A DNA stretch of 64,000 nucleotides from Pseudomonadota bacterium (GCA_027338645.1 DAHWSH010000056.1:173-64172); one strand, 5' to 3'; positions 21,486-33,342 are shown, counted from the stretch's first letter. Translations and numbers: made by a program. The notes: generated by a model not told the origin, from the sequence alone.

Positions 21486-24400
21486 CGGGAACCTCCGTCT
21501 TCAAGCCAGAGATGGAGGGGATAGACCGCATCCTCCCCACTGTGGATCCGGGCAGTCAACATGGCGTACGCGGCCTCCACGCTCGTATAGTAGGCGATTT
21601 TATGGTGAATGGCCTCCCGTCGGATGGAACGCGACTCCGCGATCGCCTCGCGACCCTCGGTGGTATTGACGATGAGGTCGATGTCTCCGTCGATGATGAG
21701 GTCAACCACATGCGGGCGGCCTTCGCGGACCTTGTTGACTGCCCGGCATGACAGCCCCGCCGCCTGGAGCGTTTCCGCGGTTCCGCGAGTGGCAATCAGG
21801 CTGAATCCCCGTTCGGCCAGGCCGCGCGCCAGACCCACCGCAAGAGACTTGTCAGCGTTCCGGACCGAGATCAGGACAGTTCCGGAGTCCGGCGGTTCCA
21901 CTCCGGCCGCACGTTGCGCTTTCGCGTAGGCCTCGGCGAAATGGCACCCAAAGCCCATCACCTCGCCGGTTGACTTCATTTCCGGACCGAGGATGGGATC
22001 GGCACCCTGGAACTTGACAAACGGGAAAACCGGCATCTTGACGGCGTAGTGTCGGGAAGGGGTTAAACTCCGGACACCCTGCTCGGCCAGCGATTTTCCC
22101 GCCATGACCCGCGCGGCAACCTTGGCCAAAGGCAAACCGGTCGCCTTGGAGACGAAGGGGACGGTTCGGGAAGCGCGCGGATTGACCTCGATCAGGTAGA
22201 TCTCGCCATCCTGGATGGCAAATTGCACATTCATGAGCCCGCGTACACCCAGCCTCAGGGCCAAGGCCTCGACCTGCTTCCGGAGTACATCCTGCAGTCC
22301 GGCGGGTAGATGTTGGGGGGGCAGTGAACAGGCGGAATCTCCGGAATGAACTCCGGCCTGTTCCACATGCTCCATGATGCCTGCAATCAGAACATCCGTT
22401 CCATCCGCGACCGCATCCACATCGACCTCGGTGGCATGATCGAGGTAGCGGTCCAGCAAGACCGGCATGGCCTGCGGGGTTCGCTCGGCCCGGGCCATGT
22501 AGTCATCCAGTTCGGAAAACTTGAAAAGCACCTCCATCGCCCGTCCGCCCAGTACATAGGAAGGGCGGGCCAGCAGCGGAAATCCAAGCGCTTCGGCCGC
22601 CCCCCTGGCCTCGCTGACCGTTCGGACAGTCCGGTTGGCCGGCTGCCGGAGGCCCAGTTCGGTGACCAGCTGCTGGAAGCGTTCGCGATCCTCGGACAGA
22701 TCGATCGAGTCGGCCGGCGTACCCAACAGGGTGACGCCGGCGTTGGCCAGCGGTAGGGCAAGCTTGAGCGGGGTCTGTCCGCCATACTGGACGATCACGC
22801 CCAGAGGACGTTCGATCTCGACAATCGCGAGTACATCCTCGAGCGTCAGTGGTTCAAAATACAATCGGTCAGCGACATCGTAGTCGGTGGAGACGGTCTC
22901 CGGATTACAGTTCACCATGAGGGTCTCATAGCCCTCGTCACGCAATGCCTGGACGGCGTGAACGCAGCAGTAGTCGAATTCAATGCCCTGCCCGATCCGG
23001 TTGGGCCCCCCGCCCAGAATCATGATCTTGGACCGCGCAGTCGGGTGTGCCTCGCATTCTTCCGCGTAGGTGGAATAGAGATAGGCGGTCTCGGTCGGGA
23101 ACTCGGCCGCACAGGAATCGACCCGCTTGTAGACCGGACGGATGCCCAGTCCCATCCGCAGGCGGCGGATCTCCGTTTCGGTGGATCCGACCAGCCGGGC
23201 CAGCCGGCTGTCGGAAAAACCCTGCCGCTTGAGCATCCGCAAGCGTTCCCGATCCAAGCCGGAAAGACCGGCCTGGGCCACCTGCCGTTCCTCGGCCACC
23301 AGTGAACGGATTTGATCCAGAAACCAGGGATCAATCGCCGTGAGTTCCGCAATGTCTTCGAGCGTCCAGTCCTGGCGAAAGGCATCGGCCACATACCACA
23401 GACGTTCGGGACCGGGAACTCGCAGTTCCCGGATCAATTTTTCCCGCTCGTCAGGCCCCAGGGGGGCGGCTGACATCCGTGGTCCGAGACCGTCATCTCC
23501 GATCTCGAGGCCGCGGAGGGCTTTTTGCAGTGATTCCGCGAAAGTACTCCCGATCGCCATGACCTCTCCCACGGCTCGCATCTGTGTCGACAAGCGATCC
23601 GACGCTTCGGGAAACTTCTCGAAATTAAAGCGGGGAATCTTGGTCACCACGTAATCAATCGTGGGCTCGAACGACGCCGGTGTGCGGCCAGCGGTAATCT
23701 CGTTCTTAAGTTCATCCAAGGTATAACCGACGGCGAGCTTCGCTGCGACACGGGCAATCGGGAAGCCCGTGGCCTTGGAGGCCAGGGCTGATGACCGCGA
23801 GACCCTGGGATTCATTTCGATAACATGAATCTCACCGGTTCGGGGATGGATGGCGAATTGGACGTTGGATCCTCCCGTTTCGACTCCAACCTTGCGGAGG
23901 ACGGCGATGGCGTCGTCGCGCAAACGCTGTGCCTCCTTGTCCGTCAGGGTCAGGGCCGGGGCCACCGTGATCGAGTCTCCCGTATGCACGCCCATGGGAT
24001 CCAGGTTTTCGATGGTACAGACAATGATGCAGTTGTCGTGACGGTCCCGTACCACCTCGAGCTCGAACTCCTTCCAGCCGAGCAGCGAGGCCTCGACCAG
24101 GATTTCCCGTGTGGGGGACTGGGCCAGCCCGTTCTCGGCAATGGCCACGAACTCCTCGCGGTTATAGGCAATCCCTCCACCCGACCCACCCAGCGTGAAG
24201 GACGGCCGAATCACGGTTGGAAATCCAATTTCCTTCTGGATGACCAGCGCTTCTTCGAGCGAATGGGCGAGACCCGAACGCGGGGTGAGGAGACCGATTT
24301 CCGTCATCGCCTGCTTGAACCGTTCCCGATCCTCCGCAATGTCGATGGCGGCACGGGAGGCTCCAATGAGTTCGACACCCGCCTCGCCCAACACCCCCTC

Positions 24401-24712
24401 GCGCACGAGATCCAGGGCGGTATTGAGCGCCGTCTGTCCGCCCATGGTGGGCAAAAGCGCGGAGGGCCGCTCGCGTTCAATGATCCGGGCGATGGTCGAC
24501 CAGCGAATGGGCTCAATGTAGACCGCATCGGCGATCTCTGGATCCGTCATGATCGTGGCTGGATTCGAGTTGACCAGAATGACCCGGTATCCCTCCTCAC
24601 GCAGCGCCTTCAAGGCCTGGGTGCCCGAATAGTCAAACTCACAGGCCTGACCGATGACGATCGGTCCGGCCCCGATCACGAGGATGCTTTCGAGATCAGT
24701 CCGTTTGGGCAT
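21482..24712 (-). CDS. carB: carbamoyl-phosphate synthase large subunit
   Basis: 1076 aa with duplicated ATP-grasp halves ([20 protein letters not shown]... and [22 protein letters not shown]...), MGS-like C-terminus. Confidence 0.9.
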   Translation of the reverse strand: MPKRTDLESILVIGAGPIVIGQACEFDYSGTQALKALREEGYRVILVNSNPATIMTDPEIADAVYIEPIRWSTIARIIERERPSALLPTMGGQTALNTALDLVREGVLGEAGVELIGASRAAIDIAEDRERFKQAMTEIGLLTPRSGLAHSLEEALVIQKEIGFPTVIRPSFTLGGSGGGIAYNREEFVAIAENGLAQSPTREILVEASLLGWKEFELEVVRDRHDNCIIVCTIENLDPMGVHTGDSITVAPALTLTDKEAQRLRDDAIAVLRKVGVETGGSNVQFAIHPRTGEIHVIEMNPRVSRSSALASKATGFPIARVAAKLAVGYTLDELKNEITAGRTPASFEPTIDYVVTKIPRFNFEKFPEASDRLSTQMRAVGEVMAIGSTFAESLQKALRGLEIGDDGLGPRMSAAPLGPDEREKLIRELRVPGPERLWYVADAFRQDWTLEDIAELTAIDPWFLDQIRSLVAEERQVAQAGLSGLDRERLRMLKRQGFSDSRLARLVGSTETEIRRLRMGLGIRPVYKRVDSCAAEFPTETAYLYSTYAEECEAHPTARSKIMILGGGPNRIGQGIEFDYCCVHAVQALRDEGYETLMVNCNPETVSTDYDVADRLYFEPLTLEDVLAIVEIERPLGVIVQYGGQTPLKLALPLANAGVTLLGTPADSIDLSEDRERFQQLVTELGLRQPANRTVRTVSEARGAAEALGFPLLARPSYVLGGRAMEVLFKFSELDDYMARAERTPQAMPVLLDRYLDHATEVDVDAVADGTDVLIAGIMEHVEQAGVHSGDSACSLPPQHLPAGLQDVLRKQVEALALRLGVRGLMNVQFAIQDGEIYLIEVNPRASRTVPFVSKATGLPLAKVAARVMAGKSLAEQGVRSLTPSRHYAVKMPVFPFVKFQGADPILGPEMKSTGEVMGFGCHFAEAYAKAQRAAGVEPPDSGTVLISVRNADKSLAVGLARGLAERGFSLIATRGTAETLQAAGLSCRAVNKVREGRPHVVDLIIDGDIDLIVNTTEGREAIAESRSIRREAIHHKIAYYTSVEAAYAMLTARIHSGEDAVYPLHLWLEDGGSR

Positions 24713-25880
24713 GCGTCCCTTCCCGCCGGCTCACCGCGGTCCCACCCGATTCCGCGAGGAGATCCAGAAACTGGTCAAACAGGCTAGCCGCATCGTGCGG
24801 GCCGGGACTGGCTTCCGGGTGTCCCTGGAAGCCCAAGGCCGGTACATCGGTGCGTGCGAGACCCTGCAGCGAAGCGTCGAACAGGGAACGGTGCGTCACC
24901 CGCAGCGTTTTGGGGAGCGATGCTTCATCGACCGTAAACCCATGGTTCTGGCTCGTGATCCAGACCCGTCCAGTGGCCAGTTCAATGACCGGATGGTTCG
25001 CCCCGTGATGTCCAAACTTCATCTTGACTGTCCGTCCCCCACTGGCCAGACCCAAGAGCTGGTGACCGAGACAGATGCCGAAAAAGGGCACGCGACGCTC
25101 AAGCCAGCCGCGCGCTGTCCTCACTGCAGGTTCCATCGCCTGGGGATCTCCCGGACCGTTGGAAAAGAGCACGCCGTCGGGCCGGAGCGCCAGACCCTGT
25201 TCGAGTCGGGTGGTTGCGGGGACCACCGTCACCCGGCAACCGCGATCGACCAGCAGGCGCAGAATATTCTGCTTGACCCCAAAATCGTAAACCACGATAT
25301 GGGGATGCCCAAGTCTCCGGTGCGGCGGGACAGGCTTTTCGGCAGGATGCCAGATCCCTTGGGTCCATGAAGCCGGGCTCGGGCGGTACACATCCGGGGT
25401 CAGATCCTGCCCCACCATGGAAGGGAGGGCACGGGCCGTGCTCACGGCCAGATCACGCTGCCGCTCCGTCACGGGACCGGTCAGGATGCAGCCGTTTTGC
25501 GCTCCATGATCCCGCAGATGACGGGTCAGGCGCCGGGTGTCGACTCCCGCGATGGCCACGATCCCACGAGACCGCAAAAAGGATTCGAGCGAGAGCTCGG
25601 CCCGCCAGCTGCTCGCAAACCGGCTGGCCTCGCGCAGGATGACCCCCGCTGCTGCCGGAACACTGCTTTCCGCATCGGAGCGGTTGGCGCCCACATTGCC
25701 GACATGAGGCATGGTGAGCACGACGAGCTGGCCCCGGTAGGAGGGGTCCGTCAGGATCTCCTGATATCCCGTAAGTGCAGTATTGAAAACCGTCTCGCCG
25801 GTGGCTTGTCCCTCGTGTCCAACGGAGTGGCCCTCGAAAATGCTTCCGTCTGCGAGGGCGAGAAGTGCCGTGGACATCAT
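24696..25880 (-). CDS. carA: carbamoyl-phosphate synthase small (glutamine amidotransferase) subunit
   Basis: [44 protein letters not shown]...; GATase catalytic GICLGHQLL. Confidence 0.9.
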   Translation of the reverse strand: MMSTALLALADGSIFEGHSVGHEGQATGETVFNTALTGYQEILTDPSYRGQLVVLTMPHVGNVGANRSDAESSVPAAAGVILREASRFASSWRAELSLESFLRSRGIVAIAGVDTRRLTRHLRDHGAQNGCILTGPVTERQRDLAVSTARALPSMVGQDLTPDVYRPSPASWTQGIWHPAEKPVPPHRRLGHPHIVVYDFGVKQNILRLLVDRGCRVTVVPATTRLEQGLALRPDGVLFSNGPGDPQAMEPAVRTARGWLERRVPFFGICLGHQLLGLASGGRTVKMKFGHHGANHPVIELATGRVWITSQNHGFTVDEASLPKTLRVTHRSLFDASLQGLARTDVPALGFQGHPEASPGPHDAASLFDQFLDLLAESGGTAVSRREGTHAQTD

Positions 25881-26031
25881 AATCGGTGGGTCGCATTCAC
25901 CCCCCGCCTGCCGTACTCTGCCCCGATCGGAGACTGGGACGGGAAGCGGTTGATCAGTTGGATTGGGTAACCGGTCCGGAGAATTCTAACACGGGGTCCA
26001 CCCCGGCTCCTCCCCTCCTCCGTCGGGCCAT

Positions 26032-26418
26032 TCAGGCCGGTGCCCCGGCCCGCTTGATCTCGGACCCCACCCGAACCATGTGGTTTTCGGCATCGACATA
26101 GACGAGGGTCGGCCGGAACCGGCGAGCCTCGGCCTCCGTCAGGACCGCATAGGCCGCAATGATCATCAAGTCTCCAGCAGCCGCCTTGTGTGCGGCCGCC
26201 CCATTCAAGGAAATGGTGCCGCTCCCGGCAGGCGCAACAATCGCGTAGGTGACGAGCCGCTCCCCATTACTCACGTTGTAGAGGTGAACCTGCTCAAACT
26301 CGAGGAGTCCAGCAGCGTCCAGAAGGGTCTGGTCGATGGCGCAGGAACCCTCATAATCGGGATGAATCCCGGTCACGCGGGCGCGGTGAATTTTTGCCTT
26401 GAGGGTCGTGATCAGCAT
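26032..26418 (-). CDS. panD: aspartate 1-decarboxylase
   Basis: [30 protein letters not shown]...: pyruvoyl-forming G24-S25 site (YEGSCAID); 128 aa. Confidence 0.9.
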   Translation of the reverse strand: MLITTLKAKIHRARVTGIHPDYEGSCAIDQTLLDAAGLLEFEQVHLYNVSNGERLVTYAIVAPAGSGTISLNGAAAHKAAAGDLMIIAAYAVLTEAEARRFRPTLVYVDAENHMVRVGSEIKRAGAPA

Positions 26419-26446
26419 GGCTCCGGTCCCGTTCTCGGGACGGCCA

Positions 26447-27397
26447 CTATTCTAATCCAGCCGCATGGGCAGGGAGATTATCGATGAGCCGGGTCTCGCC
26501 CAGACGGGCCGCAGCCAGCAAACGCCAGTTTTCCGGACCGGCCCGGGGATCGGGGGGGTCGAGGCTCTCCTCGGTCCGGATGGCGACATAATCCGGATTC
26601 AGTCCGGCGGACACCAGCCGTTGCCCGGCCTCGGCCTCGAGTACTTGGAAATCCCGTCGACCGGACTGCAGGGCCTGGGACAGGGTCATGAGCGTCCGGT
26701 AGAGTTCCGGCGCACGTTGCCGCTCCGCAGCCGTAAGATACTGGTTACGCGAGCTCAAAGCCAAGCCGTCGGGCTCGCGCACGGTCGGAACCCGCTGGAT
26801 CCTGACGGGAAGGCCGAGATCAGCCACCAGCCGGCCGATCAGAACGCACTGCTGGTAGTCCTTTTCCCCGAAAAGGGCGACATCCGGATGCACTGCGAGA
26901 AGGAGGCGCAGGACGACCCCGGCCACCCCGTCAAAATGACCCGGCCGGAAGGCTCCACAAAGCAGGTCGGACAGGCGAGGAACCTCGACCCGAACCGCTT
27001 CCGCGGTTCCGAAGGGGTAAAGATCCTCGACATCAGGCGTATAGGCCAGGTCAACCCCCAGTCGTTCAAGGCCTTGGAGATCACGTTCCAAAGTTCTCGG
27101 GTAGCGGACGAAATCTTCTCCGGCACTGAACTGAGTGGGATTCACGAACACGCTCACGACCGTGCGATCGGCCAGTGACCGGGCGCACTCGACCAGTCGG
27201 TCGTGTCCGGCATGCAGGTTTCCTAAAGTCGGCACGAAGGCCACGGACTGTCCGGCAACCTGCCACTCCCGGACCAACGCACGGAGCTTCTGTCTGCGCA
27301 GCACCCGGGATAACGGCCGCTGCCCCGGGTAGGGTGCCCGGTCGAGAGCCGAAGGGTCAACCCCCGCCGGAACTTCTGGTTCAGGACTCAAAGCCAT
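26447..27397 (-). CDS. panC: pantoate--beta-alanine ligase
   Basis: [18 protein letters not shown]... HIGH-class motif; [10 protein letters not shown]-terminus of the 341-aa ORF is probably over-extended; start set near Met26. Confidence 0.8.
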   Translation of the reverse strand: MALSPEPEVPAGVDPSALDRAPYPGQRPLSRVLRRQKLRALVREWQVAGQSVAFVPTLGNLHAGHDRLVECARSLADRTVVSVFVNPTQFSAGEDFVRYPRTLERDLQGLERLGVDLAYTPDVEDLYPFGTAEAVRVEVPRLSDLLCGAFRPGHFDGVAGVVLRLLLAVHPDVALFGEKDYQQCVLIGRLVADLGLPVRIQRVPTVREPDGLALSSRNQYLTAAERQRAPELYRTLMTLSQALQSGRRDFQVLEAEAGQRLVSAGLNPDYVAIRTEESLDPPDPRAGPENWRLLAAARLGETRLIDNLPAHAAGLE

Positions 27398-28220
27398 GCC
27401 GAGGCTCGGGATAGCTCCGATTCCGGACCGCTTCGGCATAGGCCGCCACCGCCTCCGCAATCGAACGTCCACCGGTCAGAAAGTTTTCGACAAAACGGGG
27501 CCGGATGCTCTGGCTCAGCCCCAGGATGTCGTAGAGCACGAGGATCTGGCCATCGACGGAAGCTCCCGCACCGATCCCGATCACCGGAACGTGTGCAGCT
27601 CGCGTAATTTCCGCGGCCAGCAGTGAGGGCACACACTCAAGCAGCAAGAGATCAGCACCCGCGTCCTCGAGACGCCGCGCATCCTCGCACACCTTCTCGG
27701 CCTCGGCCTGACTCCGTCCTGCAGCACGGAAACCACCGATCTTGTATTCGGACTGTGGACGCAGTCCCAAATGGGCACAGACCGGAATCCCGTTGGTGGC
27801 GAGTGCCTCGACGATAGCCGCCTGGCCGGCATGCCCCTCGAGTTTGACCATCTTTGCCCCCCCCTCCTGGAGTAGACGCCCCGCACTGGCCAGCGCCTGT
27901 GACGGATCGGAATAACTCAAAAACGGCAGGTCGGCAACGAGCCAGGCACGCTTCAGGGCACGGGCAACGAGCGTCGTGTGATAAACCATATGGTCAACCG
28001 TGACCGGGATCGTGCTGGCATGTCCCTGAACCACCATACCGAGGGTATCACCCACCAAGACGAGGTCGATCCCGACGTGGTCCAGGATCGCGGCAAAGCT
28101 GGCATCGTAGGCCGTGAGGCAGACGATGGGCTGTCCGGCCTGCCGCAGCTTCCGGAGCGTCGGGAGGGTCACAGCCGGGCCGGAAGTCCCTGATCGAGGA
28201 CTCGCATAGGGTCCACTCAT
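27381..28220 (-). CDS. panB: 3-methyl-2-oxobutanoate hydroxymethyltransferase
   Basis: LTAYDASFAAIL..., LVGDTLGMVVQGH motifs of KPHMT; panB-panC-panD contiguous. Confidence 0.85.
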   Translation of the reverse strand: MSGPYASPRSGTSGPAVTLPTLRKLRQAGQPIVCLTAYDASFAAILDHVGIDLVLVGDTLGMVVQGHASTIPVTVDHMVYHTTLVARALKRAWLVADLPFLSYSDPSQALASAGRLLQEGGAKMVKLEGHAGQAAIVEALATNGIPVCAHLGLRPQSEYKIGGFRAAGRSQAEAEKVCEDARRLEDAGADLLLLECVPSLLAAEITRAAHVPVIGIGAGASVDGQILVLYDILGLSQSIRPRFVENFLTGGRSIAEAVAAYAEAVRNRSYPEPRHGFES

Positions 28221-28903
28221 GCCATCGTCTCGAACGGCGCCGTCGCCGGGCTGGGATTGAAAAAATGGCGCCCCGCCCGAACCTTGCCGATTTCCCGGAC
28301 CAGGTTCGCGTAATCCGGCTCGCGTTCCAGCGGGTTGATCTCGCTGGCATTCACGATGAGCAGGGGAGAATCATCGTAGTGGTGAAAAAATTGAGCATAG
28401 GCCGCCACCACCTGTTCCAGGTACTCCCGCCGCATCAGCTGCTCGTAGCCGATATTGCGGCGTGCAACACGTCGGGCCAGAACCCCGACCGGTGCCTGCA
28501 GGTAGACGACCAAGTCCGGAGCGGGCAGCCCGACCGCCAGCCGTTCATAGACCTGATCATATAGTGCCAACTCATCTGACTCGAGCGTGAGCTGGGCGAA
28601 GATCCGGTCCTTGGCAAACAGGTAATCACTGATCCGGACCGGCTGGAAGAGTTCTCCCTGCTTGAGTCCCGCGAGGGTGCGGGCGCGCTGGAAAAGGAAA
28701 AACAGCTGGGCCGGTAATGCGTTATGCCGAGGATCACGGTAGAAGCGCTCGAGAAAAGGATTCTCATCGGCCTGCTCCAGCAGGGGTTCAGCACCGAAAG
28801 TCTCGGCCAGGCGCTTGGCCAGCGTGGTTTTCCCGACACCGATCGGTCCCTCCACCACGATGTGGCGGTGGTCAGGAGACGCTGGAACCGTCAAGCGGGA
28901 CAC
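28217..28903 (-). CDS. deoxynucleoside kinase (dAK/dGK family)
   Basis: P-loop HIVVEGPIGVGKTTLAKRL; PFLERFY; LPAQLFFLFQR motifs of the dNK family. Start uncertain (GTG at 28903 proposed; the ORF track extends to 29005). Confidence 0.7.
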   Translation of the reverse strand: MSRLTVPASPDHRHIVVEGPIGVGKTTLAKRLAETFGAEPLLEQADENPFLERFYRDPRHNALPAQLFFLFQRARTLAGLKQGELFQPVRISDYLFAKDRIFAQLTLESDELALYDQVYERLAVGLPAPDLVVYLQAPVGVLARRVARRNIGYEQLMRREYLEQVVAAYAQFFHHYDDSPLLIVNASEINPLEREPDYANLVREIGKVRAGRHFFNPSPATAPFETMA

Positions 28904-29375
28904 GCTCAAGTTGACTCCTCTCGCACCGGGCGGCAAGCTCGGAAACCGAACCCCACCCGGGAATGACCAGACCGGGATCGAGTTCCAAGAGAGGATAAAG
29001 CACAAAGGGACGTTGTGCCAGACCCGGGTGGGGCAGGATCAGTTCGGGCAACTGTGACACACAGTCACCGTAAAGCAATAGGTCGAGATCCAGCGGACGA
29101 GGGCCCCAGTGCGCCCCACCCCGGACCCGTCCTTGTGCCTGCTCGATCCGGTGACAGAGCGCAAGCAGCTCGCGCGCAGTCAGGTCGGTCTCGACCGCGG
29201 CGACGGCATTAAAGTAATCCGGCTGGTCGGATCGATCGAGGGGGGGGTTCCGATAGCAGGAAGAGACGTGTACATGGCGGATCGCGGGATCATCCCTCAG
29301 CGCAGCGACCGCAACGGCGATCTGGCGCGGCGGATTATTGAGATTGCTGCCCAGACCGACATAGGCGGTCACCAT
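28872..29375 (-). CDS. folK: 2-amino-4-hydroxy-6-hydroxymethyldihydropteridine pyrophosphokinase (HPPK)
   Basis: MVTAYVGLGSNLNNP...HVSSCYRNPPL...YFNAVAAVETDLTARELLALCHRIE...GPRPLDLDLLLYGD: canonical HPPK. Confidence 0.9.
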   Translation of the reverse strand: MVTAYVGLGSNLNNPPRQIAVAVAALRDDPAIRHVHVSSCYRNPPLDRSDQPDYFNAVAAVETDLTARELLALCHRIEQAQGRVRGGAHWGPRPLDLDLLLYGDCVSQLPELILPHPGLAQRPFVLYPLLELDPGLVIPGWGSVSELAARCERSQLERVPLDGSSVS

Positions 29376-29387
29376 GGCGGCATTTCC

Positions 29388-30704
29388 TCAGATGATACGT
29401 CGGGGCCGGCGGCGACGACGACGGCGGACATGGTCGGAGCCTGGAACCGACGTCTCCACCGGGGTGCTCGCGGCATAATCCCGCCACCCCGTCTCCAGGT
29501 CGGCCGAGGCATCCCCCACCTGGGCACGCAACCGGAGGAAATCCAGGCTCGCGGCAAAAGCCGGATGGTGAAGCAGCCGGCTGGCGGCCGGTTGCGCAGT
29601 TCCCTGATCCAGCCGGATCTGGTGAACCAGGAGGGATTCGACCGGATCCACGATGCGACGGGGGATCGAGACGTGTTTTTGCTGCTCCCGCATCAGGATA
29701 TGCAGGGCCCGGTGCATGGCCACCACGCTATCCATGCCCTCGTTTTCATGCCAGCGCATGTACTGTCGGGCCGCCCCCCAGAAGAAACCGGAGAGGATGA
29801 GGATGAGGGACTGATCTCCCCTCTCGCGTGGGGTCTCGTCCGCGATCCGAAGCACCCGTTCAACGAGTGCGCGGTGCATACCCTCGATATCGGCCTCCAG
29901 CCATTCTGCAGTCCAGGGAAACAGGGGCTTGAGGAGCCCCTGGTCGACCAGCCCGGTGAAATTCCGAAGCGCCTGGCCGAACAGCAGCAACTTCCCAACC
30001 TCCTCGAACAGACGTGCCGGCGGCACGGTCGTGAGCAGGGCGGCCAGGCGACGGAGCGGGGCCGCCGTCGCAGCCTCCAGGGGGAAGCCTGTTTTGGCCT
30101 GGAAACGTACGGCCCTCAGCATCCGCACCGGGTCTTCACGATAGCGTGCCTCGGGATCGCCAATGAGGCGGATAATCCCATCCCGGAGGTCATCGAATCC
30201 TCCTACCCAGTCCCGGATGGTTCCCTGGACGGCATCGAAATAAAGCGCGTTCAGGGTGAAATCACGCCGGAAGGCATCCTCCCGCTCACTGCCGTAGAGA
30301 TTGTCGCGCAGCAGACGACCGGAGGCGGTCGTCTCGAACTGGGGATGGGTCCGTTCTGTCCCGGCATTCCCCCGACGGAAAGTCGCGACTTCAACGATCT
30401 CCTGGCCGAAAAAGACATGGACCAGCCGGAAACGCCGCCCGATGATTCGACTATGCCGAAACAGGCGCCGGACATCTTCCGGACGGGCACTGGTGGCCAC
30501 GTCAAAATCCTTGGGCGGAATGCCCAGCAAGAGATCCCGAACGCCCCCCCCGACCACGTAACCTGCAAATCCCTGATCAACCAGTCGGCCGACGACATGG
30601 AGGGCGGACGGTGAAATCTGACCCGGATCGAGGCGGTGCTCCGTCCGTGGGATAACAGCTGGTCCGGCGGCCTCGGATCCCGGATGGTTTATTGGTTCGT
30701 GCAC
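29388..30704 (-). CDS. pcnB: poly(A) polymerase I
   Basis: Nucleotidyltransferase head VVGGGVRDLLLGIPPKDFDVAT, RDFTLNALYFD; conserved folK-pcnB adjacency as in E. coli. Confidence 0.85.
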   Translation of the reverse strand: MHEPINHPGSEAAGPAVIPRTEHRLDPGQISPSALHVVGRLVDQGFAGYVVGGGVRDLLLGIPPKDFDVATSARPEDVRRLFRHSRIIGRRFRLVHVFFGQEIVEVATFRRGNAGTERTHPQFETTASGRLLRDNLYGSEREDAFRRDFTLNALYFDAVQGTIRDWVGGFDDLRDGIIRLIGDPEARYREDPVRMLRAVRFQAKTGFPLEAATAAPLRRLAALLTTVPPARLFEEVGKLLLFGQALRNFTGLVDQGLLKPLFPWTAEWLEADIEGMHRALVERVLRIADETPRERGDQSLILILSGFFWGAARQYMRWHENEGMDSVVAMHRALHILMREQQKHVSIPRRIVDPVESLLVHQIRLDQGTAQPAASRLLHHPAFAASLDFLRLRAQVGDASADLETGWRDYAASTPVETSVPGSDHVRRRRRRRPRRII

Positions 30705-30770
30705 CGCAGCCTGCTACGGGTTGATTCATCTATAATAGCAAGTTCTTGGTCCGCGCCCGTGGTTTCCATG

Positions 30771-30846
30771 GCTCCCTTCGTCTAGAGGCCCAGGACGTCG
30801 CCCTCTCACGGCGAAAACAGGGGTTCGAATCCCCTAGGGAGCGCCA
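30771..30846 (+). tRNA. tRNA-Glu (anticodon CUC)
   Basis: GCTCCCTTCGTCTAGAGGCCCAGGACGTCGCCCTCTCACGGCGAAAACAGGGGTTCGAATCCCCTAGGGAGCGCCA; same scaffold as E. coli tRNA-Glu, but the anticodon loop CTCTCAC gives CUC, not UUC. Confidence 0.8.
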
Positions 30847-30899
30847 CCTCGCGGCGGAAGGCTGAAAGTCGGGTCCCATTCTCACCGAAAGACGCGCCC

Positions 30900-31223
30900 A
30901 TGACCCATGTCGTCACCGAAGCCTGCGTCCGCTGCCGGTATACGGACTGCGTCGAAGACTGTCCGGTCGACTGTTTCCACCTCGGGCCGACCTTCGTAGT
31001 CATCGATCCCGAGATCTGCATTGATTGCGGCCTCTGCGTCGCGGCCTGCCCGGTCGGCGCCATCGTCCACGCGGATCTCCTGCCCGATGGACAGAAGGAT
31101 TATCTTCGACTGAACGCAGATTTCGCAAAGCGCTGGCCCCGGATCACCCGTCGGCAGCCTGAGCTTCCGGATGCTGACCAGTGGCGCGCCATCACGGACA
31201 AACGCCGGTGGCTCGAGGATTGA
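30900..31223 (+). CDS. fdxA: 7Fe ferredoxin (Azotobacter FdxA type, [3Fe-4S][4Fe-4S])
   Basis: MTHVVTEACVRCRYTDCVEDCPVDCFH...CIDCGLCVAACPVGAI: the Cx2Cx3CP / Cx2Cx2Cx3CP spacing diagnostic of 7Fe ferredoxins. Confidence 0.85.
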   Translation: MTHVVTEACVRCRYTDCVEDCPVDCFHLGPTFVVIDPEICIDCGLCVAACPVGAIVHADLLPDGQKDYLRLNADFAKRWPRITRRQPELPDADQWRAITDKRRWLED

Positions 31224-31275
31224 GACTCGCCCGATCCCCCAGGGCCGGCCCCGGGCGGATCCCCGGACCTCCGTC

Positions 31276-33342
31276 ATGAATCATCTCGCCGGGGAGGCCA
31301 GTGCCTATCTCCTGCAACATGCGGACCAGCCGGTCGACTGGTACCCCTACGGCGATGAGGCGTTAGCGCGGGCACGGGCGGAACGAAAACCGGTTTTCCT
31401 ATCGATCGGTTACGCTTCCTGCCATTGGTGTCATGTGATGGCCGAGGAGTGTTTCGCAGACCCGGGGATTGCCCGCGCGCTCAACTCGTCTTTCCTGAAC
31501 ATCAAGATCGATCGGGAACTGCGACCGGATCTCGACCACATCTACCAGATGGCCCACCGCTGGCTCACCGGGCGTCCAGGCGGATGGCCGCTTTCCGTCT
31601 TCGTCGAACCCGACCAGCTGACCCCTTTTTTTGCGGGGACCTACTTTCCACGCGAACCGCGTTACGGACTGCCTGGATTCGGCGAGGTCATCGTGGCCCT
31701 CGCCCGGTATTATCGTGAACAGTCCGGCGACTGGAAACGCTTGACCGAGAAAATTCGAACCACGTTCGCGAGCCTGGCCTCTACCCCCTCCCCGCCCGCC
31801 AGTTTTACCCCGGAGGGGAGCGACTTGGCCGAGGCCGCACAGGCCGAGCTGGAAGCGGATTTCGACCGGCGATCCGGGGGGTTTGGCAGTGCGCCCAAAT
31901 TTCCCCATCCGCCCTCCCTCGCTTTCCTCCTCGAACGGCTCGCCGTCTCCTCTCCGGATTCGGACATACCGTCCCGGATCCGTCCGCTCATCCACCAAAC
32001 CCTGACTGCCATGACGCAGGGTGGGCTTTGGGACCAGATCGGAGGAGGATTCTTCCGCTACTGCGTGGATGCCGACTGGCAAATCCCTCACTTCGAGAAA
32101 ATGCTCGACGATAATGCCCTCCTTTTAGCCCTGTACGCGGATGCTGCCGTCCTCACCGGACAGCCCACCTATGCCGGGACCGCAGCCTCGCTGGTCCAGT
32201 GGCTCGCACGCGAAATGCGTGACCCGGAGGGTGGGTTCTACAGCAGTCTCGATGCGGACAGTCCCGGCGGGGAGGGCCGCTATTATCTCTGGGATCGGGA
32301 CGAGGTCCGGACTCTCCTCACCCCCGCGGAATGGGCGGTGGCCGAACCGGCCTGGGGGCTCGATCGGTCCCCTAACTTCGAGGATCACTGGCACCTGTCA
32401 CGCGCCCAACCCCGAGAACCGGATGACCAGACCCAGGGAACCGGGGCTTCACTCCTCGAATGTGCTCGTCTCCGGCTCTTCAACGCCCGGGCCCAGCGAG
32501 ACCCGCCCGCACGGGACGACAAGATCCGAGCAGCATCAAACGGACTCGCGGTATGGGCACTGGCCCGTGCGGGACGCTTGCTCGATCGACCCGAATGGGT
32601 TGAGCTCGCCATCCACGGTTCGGACTTCCTCGCCACCGCCTTGGTTCAAAACCATCGGCTCATGAGCAGCTGTCACCAGGGAAAAACCGGAGGGCCGGCC
32701 TTTTTGCCGGACCAAGCGTACATCCTGGCAGGACTGATTGAACTCCTTGGAACGTGCTGGGAGACCCGCTGGTACGAATGGGCGCTGGCACTGGCCGACC
32801 AGCTTCTCGAACAGTTTGAGGATCGATCCGGAGGCGGGTTCTGGTACACCGCCCACGACCAGCCGACCCCACTCATCCGGCTCAAAACCTGGGCTGACGA
32901 GTCGGTTCCCGCAGCCAATGCAGTGGCTTTCCAGGCACTCATGACCTTATTCCGGCTTTCCGGACGATCCCGATACCAGGATGCGGCACTCCGGGGCTTG
33001 GCCGCCGGACGCCCCCATGCCCGTGCGGCACCCGGGGCCCATCTCGGGCTGATCCTCTGCCAGTGCCGGGCCGACTCGCCATCCTCCTTCCTGCTCCTGC
33101 AGAGCTCAGCCGATGATCGGCCCCAGTGGCTCACGTCCATCCGGAAGCACTATTCAAAAAGCCTGCTGGTCTTCACTCCCGGCCCCGATGAGCCGACCGG
33201 CAGCGCGTTGGCCATCCCGTCTCACGCTCCAGGGGAAGGCCGTCTTTACCTGTGCGAAGGCACGGCCTGCACAGCCGTTTTTTCCCGACCGGATGAGCTG
33301 GGCGGCGAACCCACGAGCACCGGCGGGAGCGCTTCGCCGTAA
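31276..33342 (+). CDS. thioredoxin-domain protein, DUF255/YyaL family (thioredoxin-like N-domain plus six-hairpin glycosidase-like domain)
   Basis: DWYPYGDEALARARAERKPVFLSIGYASCHWCHVMAEECF...; the CHWCH redox motif and about 690 aa are typical of DUF255. Start trimmed to MNHLAGE. Confidence 0.75.
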   Translation: MNHLAGEASAYLLQHADQPVDWYPYGDEALARARAERKPVFLSIGYASCHWCHVMAEECFADPGIARALNSSFLNIKIDRELRPDLDHIYQMAHRWLTGRPGGWPLSVFVEPDQLTPFFAGTYFPREPRYGLPGFGEVIVALARYYREQSGDWKRLTEKIRTTFASLASTPSPPASFTPEGSDLAEAAQAELEADFDRRSGGFGSAPKFPHPPSLAFLLERLAVSSPDSDIPSRIRPLIHQTLTAMTQGGLWDQIGGGFFRYCVDADWQIPHFEKMLDDNALLLALYADAAVLTGQPTYAGTAASLVQWLAREMRDPEGGFYSSLDADSPGGEGRYYLWDRDEVRTLLTPAEWAVAEPAWGLDRSPNFEDHWHLSRAQPREPDDQTQGTGASLLECARLRLFNARAQRDPPARDDKIRAASNGLAVWALARAGRLLDRPEWVELAIHGSDFLATALVQNHRLMSSCHQGKTGGPAFLPDQAYILAGLIELLGTCWETRWYEWALALADQLLEQFEDRSGGGFWYTAHDQPTPLIRLKTWADESVPAANAVAFQALMTLFRLSGRSRYQDAALRGLAAGRPHARAAPGAHLGLILCQCRADSPSSFLLLQSSADDRPQWLTSIRKHYSKSLLVFTPGPDEPTGSALAIPSHAPGEGRLYLCEGTACTAVFSRPDELGGEPTSTGGSASP

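Noticed and set aside
30806-31063. 85-aa minus-strand ORF
   Set aside because: Overlaps tRNA-Glu and is antisense to the fdxA 5' end; spurious.
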